Below are positions 9,429-18,175 of a DNA stretch of 64,000 bases, one piece after another. Both the position numbers and the translations under genes were made by a program. Source of the stretch: an uncultured Actinomycetes bacterium. GTDB taxonomy: Bacteria > Actinomycetota > Thermoleophilia > RBG-16-64-13. Location of the stretch: the NCBI GenBank assembly GCA_963841735.1, contig CAWJDT010000001.1, positions 1,708,514 through 1,772,513 of the forward strand, read 5' to 3'. Positions within the stretch are counted from its first letter, which is position 1. Every line of letters begins with the position of its first letter. Under the pieces are notes generated by a model that saw only the letters and a program-made list of their open reading frames with translations, ran no database searches and was not told the origin of the DNA.

Positions 9429-11584
9429 TGCGCTCCAAGTGGTCCGAGGACGAAGCCGCCGCGTTTGTCGCTCGCTACGGCATCGAGTGGGGGGAACCGC
9501 TGTCCCTCCGCACCTACTCTACCCGGCTGCTGGGCGGGGAACCTGCTCTGGTCTTGCACGGCGGCGGCAACTCTTCGGTCAAGGCGCGCTGGGTAAACAT
9601 CCTGGGCGAGGACCTGGCGGCCGTGTTCGTCAAGGCGTCAGGCACCGACATGGCTACCGTTGAGCCGGCCGGGCATCCCGGGCTGGATTTGGAGTACCTG
9701 CGCCGGCTGCGTACACTCACCGATCTGGACGACCAGGCCATGGTGGCCGAGCTACGCGCTCACCTCTTGCGGGCCGACGCCCCTACTCCGTCCGTTGAGG
9801 CTCTGGTGCACGCCTTTCTTCCAGGTGTCTACATCGATCACACCCACGCCGATGCCATCCTGGCTTTGACCAATCAGGATGACGGCACAGCCGTGGTGCG
9901 GCGGGCGCTGGGCGAAGATGTCATCGTGCTGCCCTATACCACACCCGGTTTCAAGCTGGCGCTGGCCGCGGAGGCAGCCTTGAGGGCCCGGCCCGACGCT
10001 TGGGGCATGGTGTGGGCGCATCACGGCATCGTCACCTGGGGCAACACCGCTCGGGACTCGTACGATGTGATGATCAACCTGGTCTCCCGGGCCGAGCACT
10101 TTCTGGAGCACAACCGGGGGCCGCACGGAGCGAAGATCCCGGTGCCGGGGGAGAATGCAGCCGGCGGGGCCGGGACTACCTCAGGCTCCCTGGCGCGGAC
10201 TAGGCTCGACTCTCAACTGGTGACCGTGGCCACGATGCTGCGCGGGCTCCTGGCCACGGAGAGCGGCGACAGCGACAGGCCCCACCGGCGGGTGATCGTG
10301 CAGACCCTGGCCGACTCGGAGGTGCTCGCGGTGCTGGGCGCTCCTTGGGCCTATGAAGCCCTGGTGACCGCGCCCCTGACCACCGACCATCTCATCCGCA
10401 CCAAAGCGCTGCCGTTGTGGATAGACTCTCTACCCTACGGCGACGAGGCCGCCTTGCGCGAGCTGCTAGGGGCCGCGGTGGAGCGGTATTCCGAGGAGTA
10501 CCGGGCCTACTTGGACCGGCATGCCGACGCCCTTCCGGCTGGAGTCGAGACCTTTGACCCCCGGCCGAGAGTGGTTATGATCCCCGGACTGGGCACGTTC
10601 TGCGCGGGGCCCGACCTGCGCGAGTCGCTGATCACCCGGGATATAACTGTGCACACCATCGCGGTGAAGGCCGCCATCGCCGCCTCGGATTCCCTGTACC
10701 GGGGACTGCCTGAGGATGAGTTGTTCGCCATGGAATACCGCACTCTCCAGCACGCCAAGCTGGAGCGCGGGCAGGCCCAGCCCATGCGAGGCCAGGTGGC
10801 CCTGGTGACGGGTGCGGCCGGCGCCATCGGCACCGGTATCTGTCGGGGCCTGCTGGAGGCCGGCTGCCTGGTGGCCGCTACCGACCTGCCCGGGGAGCCC
10901 CTGACCGCGCTGGTCGCCACTCTGGGTGTCGAGTTCGGAGACATGATCATGGGGCTGCCGCTTGACGTCACCGATCCGGAGTCGGTCGCCGAGGCTTTTG
11001 CCGGAGTCGTGCGGGCCTGGGGAGGCATCGACCTGGTGATCCCCAATGCGGGTGTGGCTCATGTGGCCCAGTTGATCGACCTGAGTCTGGAGAAGTATCG
11101 CAAGCTCGAGCAGGTGAACGTGGAGGGGACGCTGCTGTTGCTCGCCGAAGCGGCGCGGCACTTCAAGCGCCAGGCCACCGGCGGCGACGTGGTGCTTATC
11201 TCGACCAAGAACGTCTTTGCTCCCGGGGCGGGATTCGGCGGCTACAGCTCCACCAAAGCCGCGGCTCATCAACTGGCCCGCATCGCGAGCCTGGAGCTTG
11301 CCGCCGACGATGTGCGGGTGAATATGGTGGCGCCCGACGCGGTTTTCTCGTGCGGCGCTCGCCGCTCGGGTCTGTGGGCGGAGGTGGGCCCCGACCGGAT
11401 GAAGGCCAGGGGCCTGGATGAAGCGGGCCTTGAGGCCTACTACCAGGGCCGCAACCTGCTCAAAGCTCAGGTGACGGCGGAGCACGTGGCCAATGCGGTG
11501 TTGTTCTTCGCGACCCGGCAGACTCCCACCACCGGGGCCACCATCCCCGTCGACGGTGGTCTGCCGGATTCCACTCCGCGGTAA
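9428..11584 (+). CDS. Bifunctional class II aldolase / short-chain dehydrogenase (RhaD-SDR type)
   Basis: GGGNSSVK, SG.D, PSVE, HTHAD, HG. C-terminal SDR with TGAAGAIG, NAG, YSSTK. Confidence 0.9.
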   Translation: MRSKWSEDEAAAFVARYGIEWGEPLSLRTYSTRLLGGEPALVLHGGGNSSVKARWVNILGEDLAAVFVKASGTDMATVEPAGHPGLDLEYLRRLRTLTDLDDQAMVAELRAHLLRADAPTPSVEALVHAFLPGVYIDHTHADAILALTNQDDGTAVVRRALGEDVIVLPYTTPGFKLALAAEAALRARPDAWGMVWAHHGIVTWGNTARDSYDVMINLVSRAEHFLEHNRGPHGAKIPVPGENAAGGAGTTSGSLARTRLDSQLVTVATMLRGLLATESGDSDRPHRRVIVQTLADSEVLAVLGAPWAYEALVTAPLTTDHLIRTKALPLWIDSLPYGDEAALRELLGAAVERYSEEYRAYLDRHADALPAGVETFDPRPRVVMIPGLGTFCAGPDLRESLITRDITVHTIAVKAAIAASDSLYRGLPEDELFAMEYRTLQHAKLERGQAQPMRGQVALVTGAAGAIGTGICRGLLEAGCLVAATDLPGEPLTALVATLGVEFGDMIMGLPLDVTDPESVAEAFAGVVRAWGGIDLVIPNAGVAHVAQLIDLSLEKYRKLEQVNVEGTLLLLAEAARHFKRQATGGDVVLISTKNVFAPGAGFGGYSSTKAAAHQLARIASLELAADDVRVNMVAPDAVFSCGARRSGLWAEVGPDRMKARGLDEAGLEAYYQGRNLLKAQVTAEHVANAVLFFATRQTPTTGATIPVDGGLPDSTPR

Positions 11585-11611
11585 GAAGGTAAGCAATGCA
11601 GGAGGTAGCTG

Positions 11612-11845
11612 ATGAACTCGGTCACTGAGGGCGGATCTCCCGTTCTGCTGGTCTCTGTCTGCTCGCCGCTGGAGGCAGATATCATCGTCAGTCGGCTGCG
11701 CAGCGCCGGCATCGAGACCTACGTGCGGCACGAGGCCTTGTCGGTTGTCTACGGCTTGACGGTGGACGGAGCCGGCCAGCAAGACATCATGGTTCGGCCG
11801 GAAGATCTAGGCGAAGCCCAGTTCGCGCTGGAGCAGACGCCTTGA
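11612..11845 (+). CDS. DUF2007 (putative signal-transducing) small protein
   Basis: EA.I...L...GI...V...V...D...A pattern, GGAGG RBS. Confidence 0.7.
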   Translation: MNSVTEGGSPVLLVSVCSPLEADIIVSRLRSAGIETYVRHEALSVVYGLTVDGAGQQDIMVRPEDLGEAQFALEQTP

Positions 11846-12834
11846 TCTCTGTGCTTGGCGTCGACATCGGGGGCACCAAGGTAGCCGTGGGGCCGGTGGA
11901 TCAGGCCGGAGTGCTCCTCGCTCCTCCGTTGGTGGAGCCTAGTTGTACGGAGAGTGGCGGTGTCTTCGTATCGGGCCTGGAAGCCACCCTCCGTCGGGCG
12001 CTCAGTGAGTTTGGGGACTTCAGCCCGGGAGTGATCGGCCTGGCCTGCGCGGGTACGGTGGACTTCGCGCGAGGGGTCATGGTCACCTCCCCCAATCTCC
12101 CCTTGGTCGAGGTTCCGCTGGCCGGACTCATACGGGATGCGCTGGGGCTGCCGGTGGTGCTGGACAACGACGCGCAGGCGGCAGTCCTGGCTGAGGCCGT
12201 CTGCGGCGCGGGGGCCGGTCTGCAGCACGTGGTGATGCTGACGCTGGGCACGGGGGTCGGTGGTGGTCTGTTCTTGGACGGGCATGTATACCGGGGTGCC
12301 GGGGGAGGGGCCGGGGAGTTAGGTCACATGGTGGTGCTGAAAGACGGTCTGCTCTGCGGCTGCGGCGGCCACGGCTGCCTGGAGATGTACGCGTCGGGAA
12401 GGGCGTTGAAACGCTACGCGGCCGCCCGGGCGGGTGACCGAGAGGCTGATCCCGAAGGGACCCTGCTCTCGCTACGCGAGCGGGGGGAGTTGGGCGGAGG
12501 AGCGGTCACGCGGTTGGCCCGGCAAGGGTATCCCGGCGCTCTGGCAGCAGTGCTGGAGTTTGCGGACTGGTTGGGGGTGGGGCTGGTGAGTGTCTGCAAC
12601 GTCTTCTCCCCGGAAATGATAGTAGTAGGCGGCGGGATAAGTGAGTTGGGAGGGCTGCTCCTTGAGCCCGCCACTGAGTACATGCGCCGGAATGCCATGG
12701 CCCCCGGATGCGAAACGGTTAGAGTCGCTCCCGCGGAACTCGGCAATCTGGCGGGGCTGGTGGGGGCGGGGCTGAGCGCATGGCGGGCTGTGAGCAGCGA
12801 AGCCGCCCAGGCGCCGTCTCCGGCCTGCGGCTGA
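11842..12834 (+). CDS. ROK family sugar kinase (glucokinase-like)
   Basis: GVDIGGTK, NDAQAA, LGTGVGGG, GELGH, CGCG..GCLE. Confidence 0.9.
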   Translation: MISVLGVDIGGTKVAVGPVDQAGVLLAPPLVEPSCTESGGVFVSGLEATLRRALSEFGDFSPGVIGLACAGTVDFARGVMVTSPNLPLVEVPLAGLIRDALGLPVVLDNDAQAAVLAEAVCGAGAGLQHVVMLTLGTGVGGGLFLDGHVYRGAGGGAGELGHMVVLKDGLLCGCGGHGCLEMYASGRALKRYAAARAGDREADPEGTLLSLRERGELGGGAVTRLARQGYPGALAAVLEFADWLGVGLVSVCNVFSPEMIVVGGGISELGGLLLEPATEYMRRNAMAPGCETVRVAPAELGNLAGLVGAGLSAWRAVSSEAAQAPSPACG

Positions 12835-12850
12835 TCCGCGGGTCATAGCC

Positions 12851-13735
12851 GTGCTCTATATCTGCCCCACACCAATAGGCAACCTGGGCGACGTTACTCT
12901 GCGGGTGCTGGAGATGTTGCGGACCGCCGACCTGGTGGCCTGCGAGGACACCCGGCACACCCGTGTCCTTCTGGATCGCCACGGCATCGCCGCCCGGCTG
13001 GTCAGCTTCCATGAGCATAATGAGGAGGCCCGCTTGGCCGGTCTTCTGCCACTCCTTCGGGAGGGCAAGTCGGTGGCGGTGGTTAGTGATGCGGGCATGC
13101 CCGGGCTGTCCGATCCCGGTTTCACATTGGTGCGGGCCTGCGCGGCCGAAGGACTCCCGGTGACGGTGTTGCCCGGCCCCTCGGCTGTGTCGACGGCCCT
13201 CGTGTTGTCGGGTCTGCCTACCGACCGCTTTGCCTTTGTCGGTTTCCTGGCGCGTGGCAAGGCCAAGTTGATAGAGCAGCTGGCCGGGTTCGACGGCTCT
13301 GGGGCTACGATGGTGGCCTTCGAATCTCCTCGCCGCATCCGCGCGTCCCTGGCAGCCATTGCTGTGCGTTGGCCCGAACGGCGCCTGGCGGTGTGCCGGG
13401 AGCTCACCAAGATCCACGAGGAGGCCGTGCGCGGTACTGCCGCCGAGATACTCGGGCAACTCATGGACCCTGTACGGGGAGAGGTGGTGCTGGTGCTGGA
13501 ACCGGGCGGCGGGCTTCAGACCGGAGTGGCTACCGGGGGCGGGGGCGGCGCGGGCCAGGTTTTCGGCGACGGGGAGGCTGTTCGGCGCGCTCTGACGGAA
13601 CTCCTGGACGCCGGCTTAGGAACCAAGAAGGCCGCCGGCATCGTGGCCGGTCTCACCGGGATGCCCAGAAAAGTTGCCTACGAGCTGGCCCTCGGCCTGG
13701 CGGACGCGGAGCCGGAGGCGCGACGGGTCGTATGA
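12851..13735 (+). CDS. rsmI: 16S rRNA (cytidine1402-2'-O)-methyltransferase
   Basis: PTPIGNL.D, CEDTR.T, SDAGMP.LSDPG, ESP.R, RELTK.HEE, RGE.V. Confidence 0.95.
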   Translation: MLYICPTPIGNLGDVTLRVLEMLRTADLVACEDTRHTRVLLDRHGIAARLVSFHEHNEEARLAGLLPLLREGKSVAVVSDAGMPGLSDPGFTLVRACAAEGLPVTVLPGPSAVSTALVLSGLPTDRFAFVGFLARGKAKLIEQLAGFDGSGATMVAFESPRRIRASLAAIAVRWPERRLAVCRELTKIHEEAVRGTAAEILGQLMDPVRGEVVLVLEPGGGLQTGVATGGGGGAGQVFGDGEAVRRALTELLDAGLGTKKAAGIVAGLTGMPRKVAYELALGLADAEPEARRVV

Positions 13736-13824
13736 CGCGGCGCCTGGCGCCCCGAGCGGTTGTCACCAGCCGCCGCAAGCGGCTGCCAATGGGGTTTGCC
13801 AGCGCTCCGATTGGGGCAAATGCC

Positions 13825-13854
13825 TTGACAGTGCGGCCATCCCAAGCCTATGGT
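13825..13854 (+). promoter_or_regulatory. Sigma-A-type promoter
   Basis: TTGACA-18bp-TATGGT upstream of the gene starting at 13910. Confidence 0.6.
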
Positions 13855-13909
13855 GGCAGCAGCAGACAGTACATTCCAGAGTGGGAACAGCGAACAACGG
13901 GAGGTGGGA

Positions 13910-14611
13910 ATGGGCTTCGATATGAAGCGCTTCAAGAAGTGGGACTTTGGGGTGTTCGGCGCGTTCTTGTTGACCATCGTCGGAGTGAGCATACCTTGGT
14001 GGCATCTCAAGGTGGGCGATTTGTTCGGCGGCCTCGGTAATCTGGGAGATTTGGCAGGGGTCGATGTGCCCGGCATCCCGGGATTCTCGGCCAACCTCAG
14101 TGGCTGGAGCGCTGGAGTCGTCGGCACGGGCAAGGCGGCCTTCTCCCTCATTCTGATCGCCTGCGTCTGGATCTTGGTCAAAGCTCTCTTCAAGAAAGGG
14201 GCCCCCGCTCCGTCCTGGTACAAGGAGAGCTGGGTCATCATGGGCTTTGGCGGCCTTCTGACCATCCTGGGCATCGTGGGCTGCGCGAAGGCCCCCTTCG
14301 GTGGGTTCGAAGCCTGGTCCTGGCGGCCTGGGTCGATCATCACCCTGATTGCCGCTGTTGCCATGCTAGCGTTCGGCTACTTCATGTTCACGGACAAGTC
14401 CGGGGACTATGACGGGTCCGGCAAGTTCGCCCTGCCGGCGATGGGTGGCCAGCCTCAGTCTCCCGGCGGCTATCAGCCTCCGGTCGGCTATCAGCCTCCG
14501 GCTGGCTACCAGCCGCCGGCACCGCCCGCGGGTGGCAAGTTCTGTTCCGGCTGCGGGGGCGCACTTGCTCCTGAAGACGTGGCCTGCAAGAGCTGCGGCA
14601 AGCCCGCCTAG
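13910..14611 (+). CDS. Multi-pass membrane protein with GYQPP repeats and a C-terminal zinc ribbon
   Basis: About 4 hydrophobic helices, 18-bp x3 repeat at 14468-14521, FCSGCG...CKSCG at the C-terminus, GGAGG RBS. Confidence 0.75.
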   Translation: MGFDMKRFKKWDFGVFGAFLLTIVGVSIPWWHLKVGDLFGGLGNLGDLAGVDVPGIPGFSANLSGWSAGVVGTGKAAFSLILIACVWILVKALFKKGAPAPSWYKESWVIMGFGGLLTILGIVGCAKAPFGGFEAWSWRPGSIITLIAAVAMLAFGYFMFTDKSGDYDGSGKFALPAMGGQPQSPGGYQPPVGYQPPAGYQPPAPPAGGKFCSGCGGALAPEDVACKSCGKPA

Positions 14612-14670
14612 CAAGCGACCGACGTAGGGAGCGACCGAGCAACCAGCTCGTCGCCCGAGAGTGAGAGAAG

Positions 14671-14707
14671 AAGGGGAGCCGGCCGAAAGGCCGGCTCCCC
14701 TTTCTTT
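14671..14707 (+). terminator. Intrinsic terminator
   Basis: AAGGGGAGCCGGCC-GAAA-GGCCGGCTCCCCTT followed by TCTTT. Confidence 0.85.
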
Positions 14708-14836
14708 GCGATGGGAGCCGACGCGTCCGCGACGTGGCGGCGAACGACAGGCTTCTGCAGGTGGAGTCCGGTGTGCTAGGTTGTAGCCTATTAAGAATCT
14801 GGGCGACGAAGCGTACAGAGGGAGCGAGGAGGGGAT

Positions 14837-15208
14837 ATGTTCTGTCCGGGCTGCGGCAAGGAGAACAGTGACGAGGCCGGCTTCTGCGAAGCGTGCGGCC
14901 GGCCACTTGATCTAGAAGGGTCTCGCGTGCCGCCGTATCGCCCGCCGATGCAGGAACGGCTGCCGGTACCGAACATACCTAGCTACCTCGGCTGGGCCGT
15001 CGCGGTGCTCATCCTATTCTTCTGGCCCACCGGCATCGCCGCGGTAGTGTATGCGGCCAGGGTGAACAGCAGGCTCGCCCTGGGCGACGTCGCCGGCGCC
15101 CAGGAGGCATCGCGCAAGGCGAAGATGTGGTGCTGGGTCTCCTTCATCGTCGCCATCGTTGTTGTTGTCCTAGGCATCGTGGTCACCGTCGCGGGCAGGG
15201 GCTTCTAA
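14837..15208 (+). CDS. Zinc-ribbon + CD225/dispanin family membrane protein (copy 1)
   Basis: MFCPGCG...FCEACG, then P.YL.WA...FWPTGIAA.VYA.RV...GD..GA..ASRKAK.W. Confidence 0.85.
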   Translation: MFCPGCGKENSDEAGFCEACGRPLDLEGSRVPPYRPPMQERLPVPNIPSYLGWAVAVLILFFWPTGIAAVVYAARVNSRLALGDVAGAQEASRKAKMWCWVSFIVAIVVVVLGIVVTVAGRGF

Positions 15209-15256
15209 TCGCGGAAGGCTGCGGGCGCAAAGAGTCAAAGTGGATTTGGAGGGGCT

Positions 15257-15631
15257 ATGTTTTGCCCGGGCTGCGGCAAGGAGATAAGTGACTCGGCCAG
15301 GTTCTGCGAAAGCTGTGGCCGGCAACTGGTCGAACTGGGGGTGCCGGAGGGCGCGCAGTACCGGCCGCCGATGCGGGAGCGGATACCGGAGATTCCTGAC
15401 CACATCGGCTGGGCCATCGCCGGGCTCATCCTGTTCTGGCCGACTGGGATCGCGGCGATCGTGAACTCCACTCGGGTGGACAACAAGGTCTTGCGAGGCG
15501 ACATCGACGGAGCGCGGGAGGCCTCGCGCAAAGCCAAGAAGTTCGGCAAGATCTCGATGTGGGTGTGTATTGCGACCTTTGTCATCTACATGGGAGCTGT
15601 CATCCCGTTGATCGCCACGGGAAACTACTAG
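15257..15631 (+). CDS. Zinc-ribbon + CD225/dispanin family membrane protein (copy 2)
   Basis: Same architecture as copy 1, with PDHIGWAI, FWPTGIAA, GDIDGAREASRKAK. Confidence 0.85.
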   Translation: MFCPGCGKEISDSARFCESCGRQLVELGVPEGAQYRPPMRERIPEIPDHIGWAIAGLILFWPTGIAAIVNSTRVDNKVLRGDIDGAREASRKAKKFGKISMWVCIATFVIYMGAVIPLIATGNY

Positions 15632-15680
15632 TCACCTATCCCGTGCGCGGACGCGTCGGCAAAGAGAGCCAGGAGGGCCC

Positions 15681-16103
15681 ATGTACTGTCCAAGCTGCGG
15701 CAAGGCGGTAGGTGACTCGGCGAGCTTCTGCGACTCATGCGGTCGAGAGCTCAGCGGGCTTGGCTCGCCGGGCGTGATGCGGCCACAGCCCTATCAGCCC
15801 ACCTACGAGGCTCCGCGGTACCGGCAGCCACTGCCGGGCCCGGGCTCGAGCACCCCCACCCACCTGGGCTGGGCCATCGTCTCGCTTATCCTGTTTTTCT
15901 GGCCCACGGCCATCCCGGCGATAGTTTATGCGGCCCGGGTGGACAATAGGCTTGCGATGGGCGACATCGCCGGTGCCCAGGAAGCATCGCGCAAGGCCAA
16001 GACTTGGTGCTGGGTGTCTACCGGCATCGCCATCGCGGGCGTGGTGATCGCCTTCGTCGTCTTGTTCATCCTTGCGCTTGTGACGACGACGATCATCTTC
16101 TGA
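15681..16103 (+). CDS. Zinc-ribbon + CD225/dispanin family membrane protein (copy 3)
   Basis: Same architecture, with PTHLGWAI, FFWPTAI.AIVYA, GDIAGAQEASRKAK.W. Confidence 0.85.
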   Translation: MYCPSCGKAVGDSASFCDSCGRELSGLGSPGVMRPQPYQPTYEAPRYRQPLPGPGSSTPTHLGWAIVSLILFFWPTAIPAIVYAARVDNRLAMGDIAGAQEASRKAKTWCWVSTGIAIAGVVIAFVVLFILALVTTTIIF

Positions 16104-16186
16104 ACGGGTGAGTCGCGTTGGCGCCGGCACGGTCGTGGACCCCGGCTGTACGCCCCCCGCCGGCCGCCCCAAGGCCCGATGCGAGG

Positions 16187-16346
16187 AGGCGGCTGAAGAC
16201 CGAAGTCCCGGCCGCCAGGACACACTGGGCGGCGCAATATTTCGTTCTCAGTCGCGTCAATAGCGCTGCTATTCACGCTCCCTGCGTCCTCGTCTTGCGC
16301 TTGCCCACCCGAGTTCTGGCGGCGAAACGTCGGTCTTCAGCAGCCT
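16187..16346 (-). mobile_element. Palindromic MITE/REP-like element (intergenic copy, 160 bp)
   Basis: Terminal inverted repeats AGGC(G/T)GCTGAAGACCGA plus nested internal stems. The reverse complement aligns with 17486-17608. Confidence 0.75.
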
Positions 16347-16363
16347 GCTAGAATAGTCGGGCT

Positions 16364-18118
16364 ATGGCGCGCTTCTACATCACCACACCCATCTACTACG
16401 TCAACGACGTGCCCCACATCGGGCACGCTTACACCACCGCGGCCGCCGACGTGGCGGCGCGGTTCCATCGGCAACTGGGCGACGAGGTCTTCTTTCTCAC
16501 CGGCACCGACGAGCACGGCACCAAGGTCGAGCAGGCCGCCTGCGCCCGGGGCCTCACGCCCAAAGAGCACGTGGACGAAGTGGTGGCCAAGTTCAAGGAA
16601 GTCGCGGCCAAAGTCGGCGCCAGCAACGACTTCTTCATCCGGACCACGGACCCGGAGCACGAGAGATACGTGCAAGAATTTGTGAAGAAATGCTACGACG
16701 CGGGCGACATCTACAAAGGTTCGTACTCCGGCCTCTACTGCCCGGCCTGCGAGGCCTACTATATCGAGGAGAACCTGGTCGAAGGTCTGTGCCCCGACCA
16801 CGGCACCAAGCCCGTCCGCATGGACGAGGACAACTACTTCTTCCGGCTGTCGGCTTTCCAGGACCGGTTGCGGGATCACTACCGGGCGCATCCCGACTTC
16901 GTACAGCCTCGCCACCGCTATAACGAAGCCCTCTCGTTCATCGAGCAGGGCCTGGACGACATCTCCATCTCCCGCGCCACCCTCAAGTGGGGCATCTCAG
17001 TGCCCTGGGACGAGAGTCAGGTCATCTACGTGTGGGTGGACGCGCTGATCAACTACCTCAGCGCGCTCTCGTACGCTCCTGGGCAAGATCTTGTCTCCCG
17101 CTTCTGGCCGGCGAGCTACCACCTCATGGCCCAAGACATCCTCAAGTTTCACGGGATCATATGGCCGGCGCTCCTGATGTCGGCCGGATATGAGCTGCCG
17201 GAACACCTGTTCATCCACGGGTACCTGAAGCTTGGTGGGGAAAAAATGTCCAAGACCCGCGGCAACGTGATGGACCCCTTCCCGCTGATCGAAGAGTACG
17301 GGGCCGATCCGTTCAGGTTCTACTGCCTGCGCGAAGTGAGCTTCGGCCAGGACGGCATGGTGAGCGAGGAGGGCTTCAAAGCCCGCTACAACAGCGAGTT
17401 GGCCAACGAACTGGGCAACCTGCTGTCGCGCAGCACCTCCATGATCGGCAAATACCGAGGCGGCACCGTGCCGATGCCGCCCCCAGGGCTGCTGGAGAAT
17501 GCCGTTTCGCAGCCAGAGCACGATGGGCACGCGCGAGACGCGACCGAGGACGTGGTATCGCGCCGCACAGTGCGCTCTGGCGGCCGGGACTCCGTTCTCC
17601 AGCAGCCCCCAGGCTACGCCGATGCCCCGGAATGCGCGGTGGCGCACGGCGGCTCGCCGCTGGCCGTCGAAGCGACCGCCCTCTGCGCAGCGGTGCGCAC
17701 GCAGCTCGACCAGATGGACCTGAGCGCCGCGCTGGATACCATCTGGGGCTTTGTGCGCCGGCTGAACAGGTACGTGGAAGAGCAGGCGCCTTGGAAGCAG
17801 GCAAAGGAGGCGGCCGCGGAAAGCGCCGGGGGCGCGGATCTGGGCACGGCAACGGGTTCCGCCGGGGTCGCGCTTGACAGCACCCTGTGGGACCTGGCCG
17901 AGGGCCTGCGCCTGCTGTCGGTGCTGCTGTATCCGTTCATACCCCAGACTGCCATGGCCATCCGGGAACGCTTGGGGCTCGGCGACGCCGGCGACCTTGC
18001 CTTGGGGACCGGCGCCGCTGAGGCGCCGCTGCTCTGGGACGAAGCCCATTGGGGCCTGCTTCCCGCCGGTCTGACCGTCGTGGTCGGCGCGCCGCTCTTC
18101 CCGCGCATCGAGGAGTGA
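16364..18118 (+). CDS. metG: Methionine--tRNA ligase
   Basis: YITTPIYYVN..PHIGH, GTDEHG.K, CxxC...CP.H knuckle, YVWVDAL.NY, KMSK, LFPRIE. Confidence 0.97.
   Translation: MARFYITTPIYYVNDVPHIGHAYTTAAADVAARFHRQLGDEVFFLTGTDEHGTKVEQAACARGLTPKEHVDEVVAKFKEVAAKVGASNDFFIRTTDPEHERYVQEFVKKCYDAGDIYKGSYSGLYCPACEAYYIEENLVEGLCPDHGTKPVRMDEDNYFFRLSAFQDRLRDHYRAHPDFVQPRHRYNEALSFIEQGLDDISISRATLKWGISVPWDESQVIYVWVDALINYLSALSYAPGQDLVSRFWPASYHLMAQDILKFHGIIWPALLMSAGYELPEHLFIHGYLKLGGEKMSKTRGNVMDPFPLIEEYGADPFRFYCLREVSFGQDGMVSEEGFKARYNSELANELGNLLSRSTSMIGKYRGGTVPMPPPGLLENAVSQPEHDGHARDATEDVVSRRTVRSGGRDSVLQQPPGYADAPECAVAHGGSPLAVEATALCAAVRTQLDQMDLSAALDTIWGFVRRLNRYVEEQAPWKQAKEAAAESAGGADLGTATGSAGVALDSTLWDLAEGLRLLSVLLYPFIPQTAMAIRERLGLGDAGDLALGTGAAEAPLLWDEAHWGLLPAGLTVVVGAPLFPRIEE
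17486..17608 (+). mobile_element. Palindromic MITE/REP-like element inserted in frame (123 bp, 41 codons) inside metG
   Basis: 14-bp perfect TIR GGGCTGCTGGAGAA/TTCTCCAGCAGCCC, a CCCCCAGG direct repeat overlapping both ends, and homology to 16187-16346. Confidence 0.8.
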
Positions 18119-18175
18119 CGGCGGCCGAGTGAGCCGCCTGCCGGCAGCCCATCGCCGCCCGTCAGCCGTGACCAC

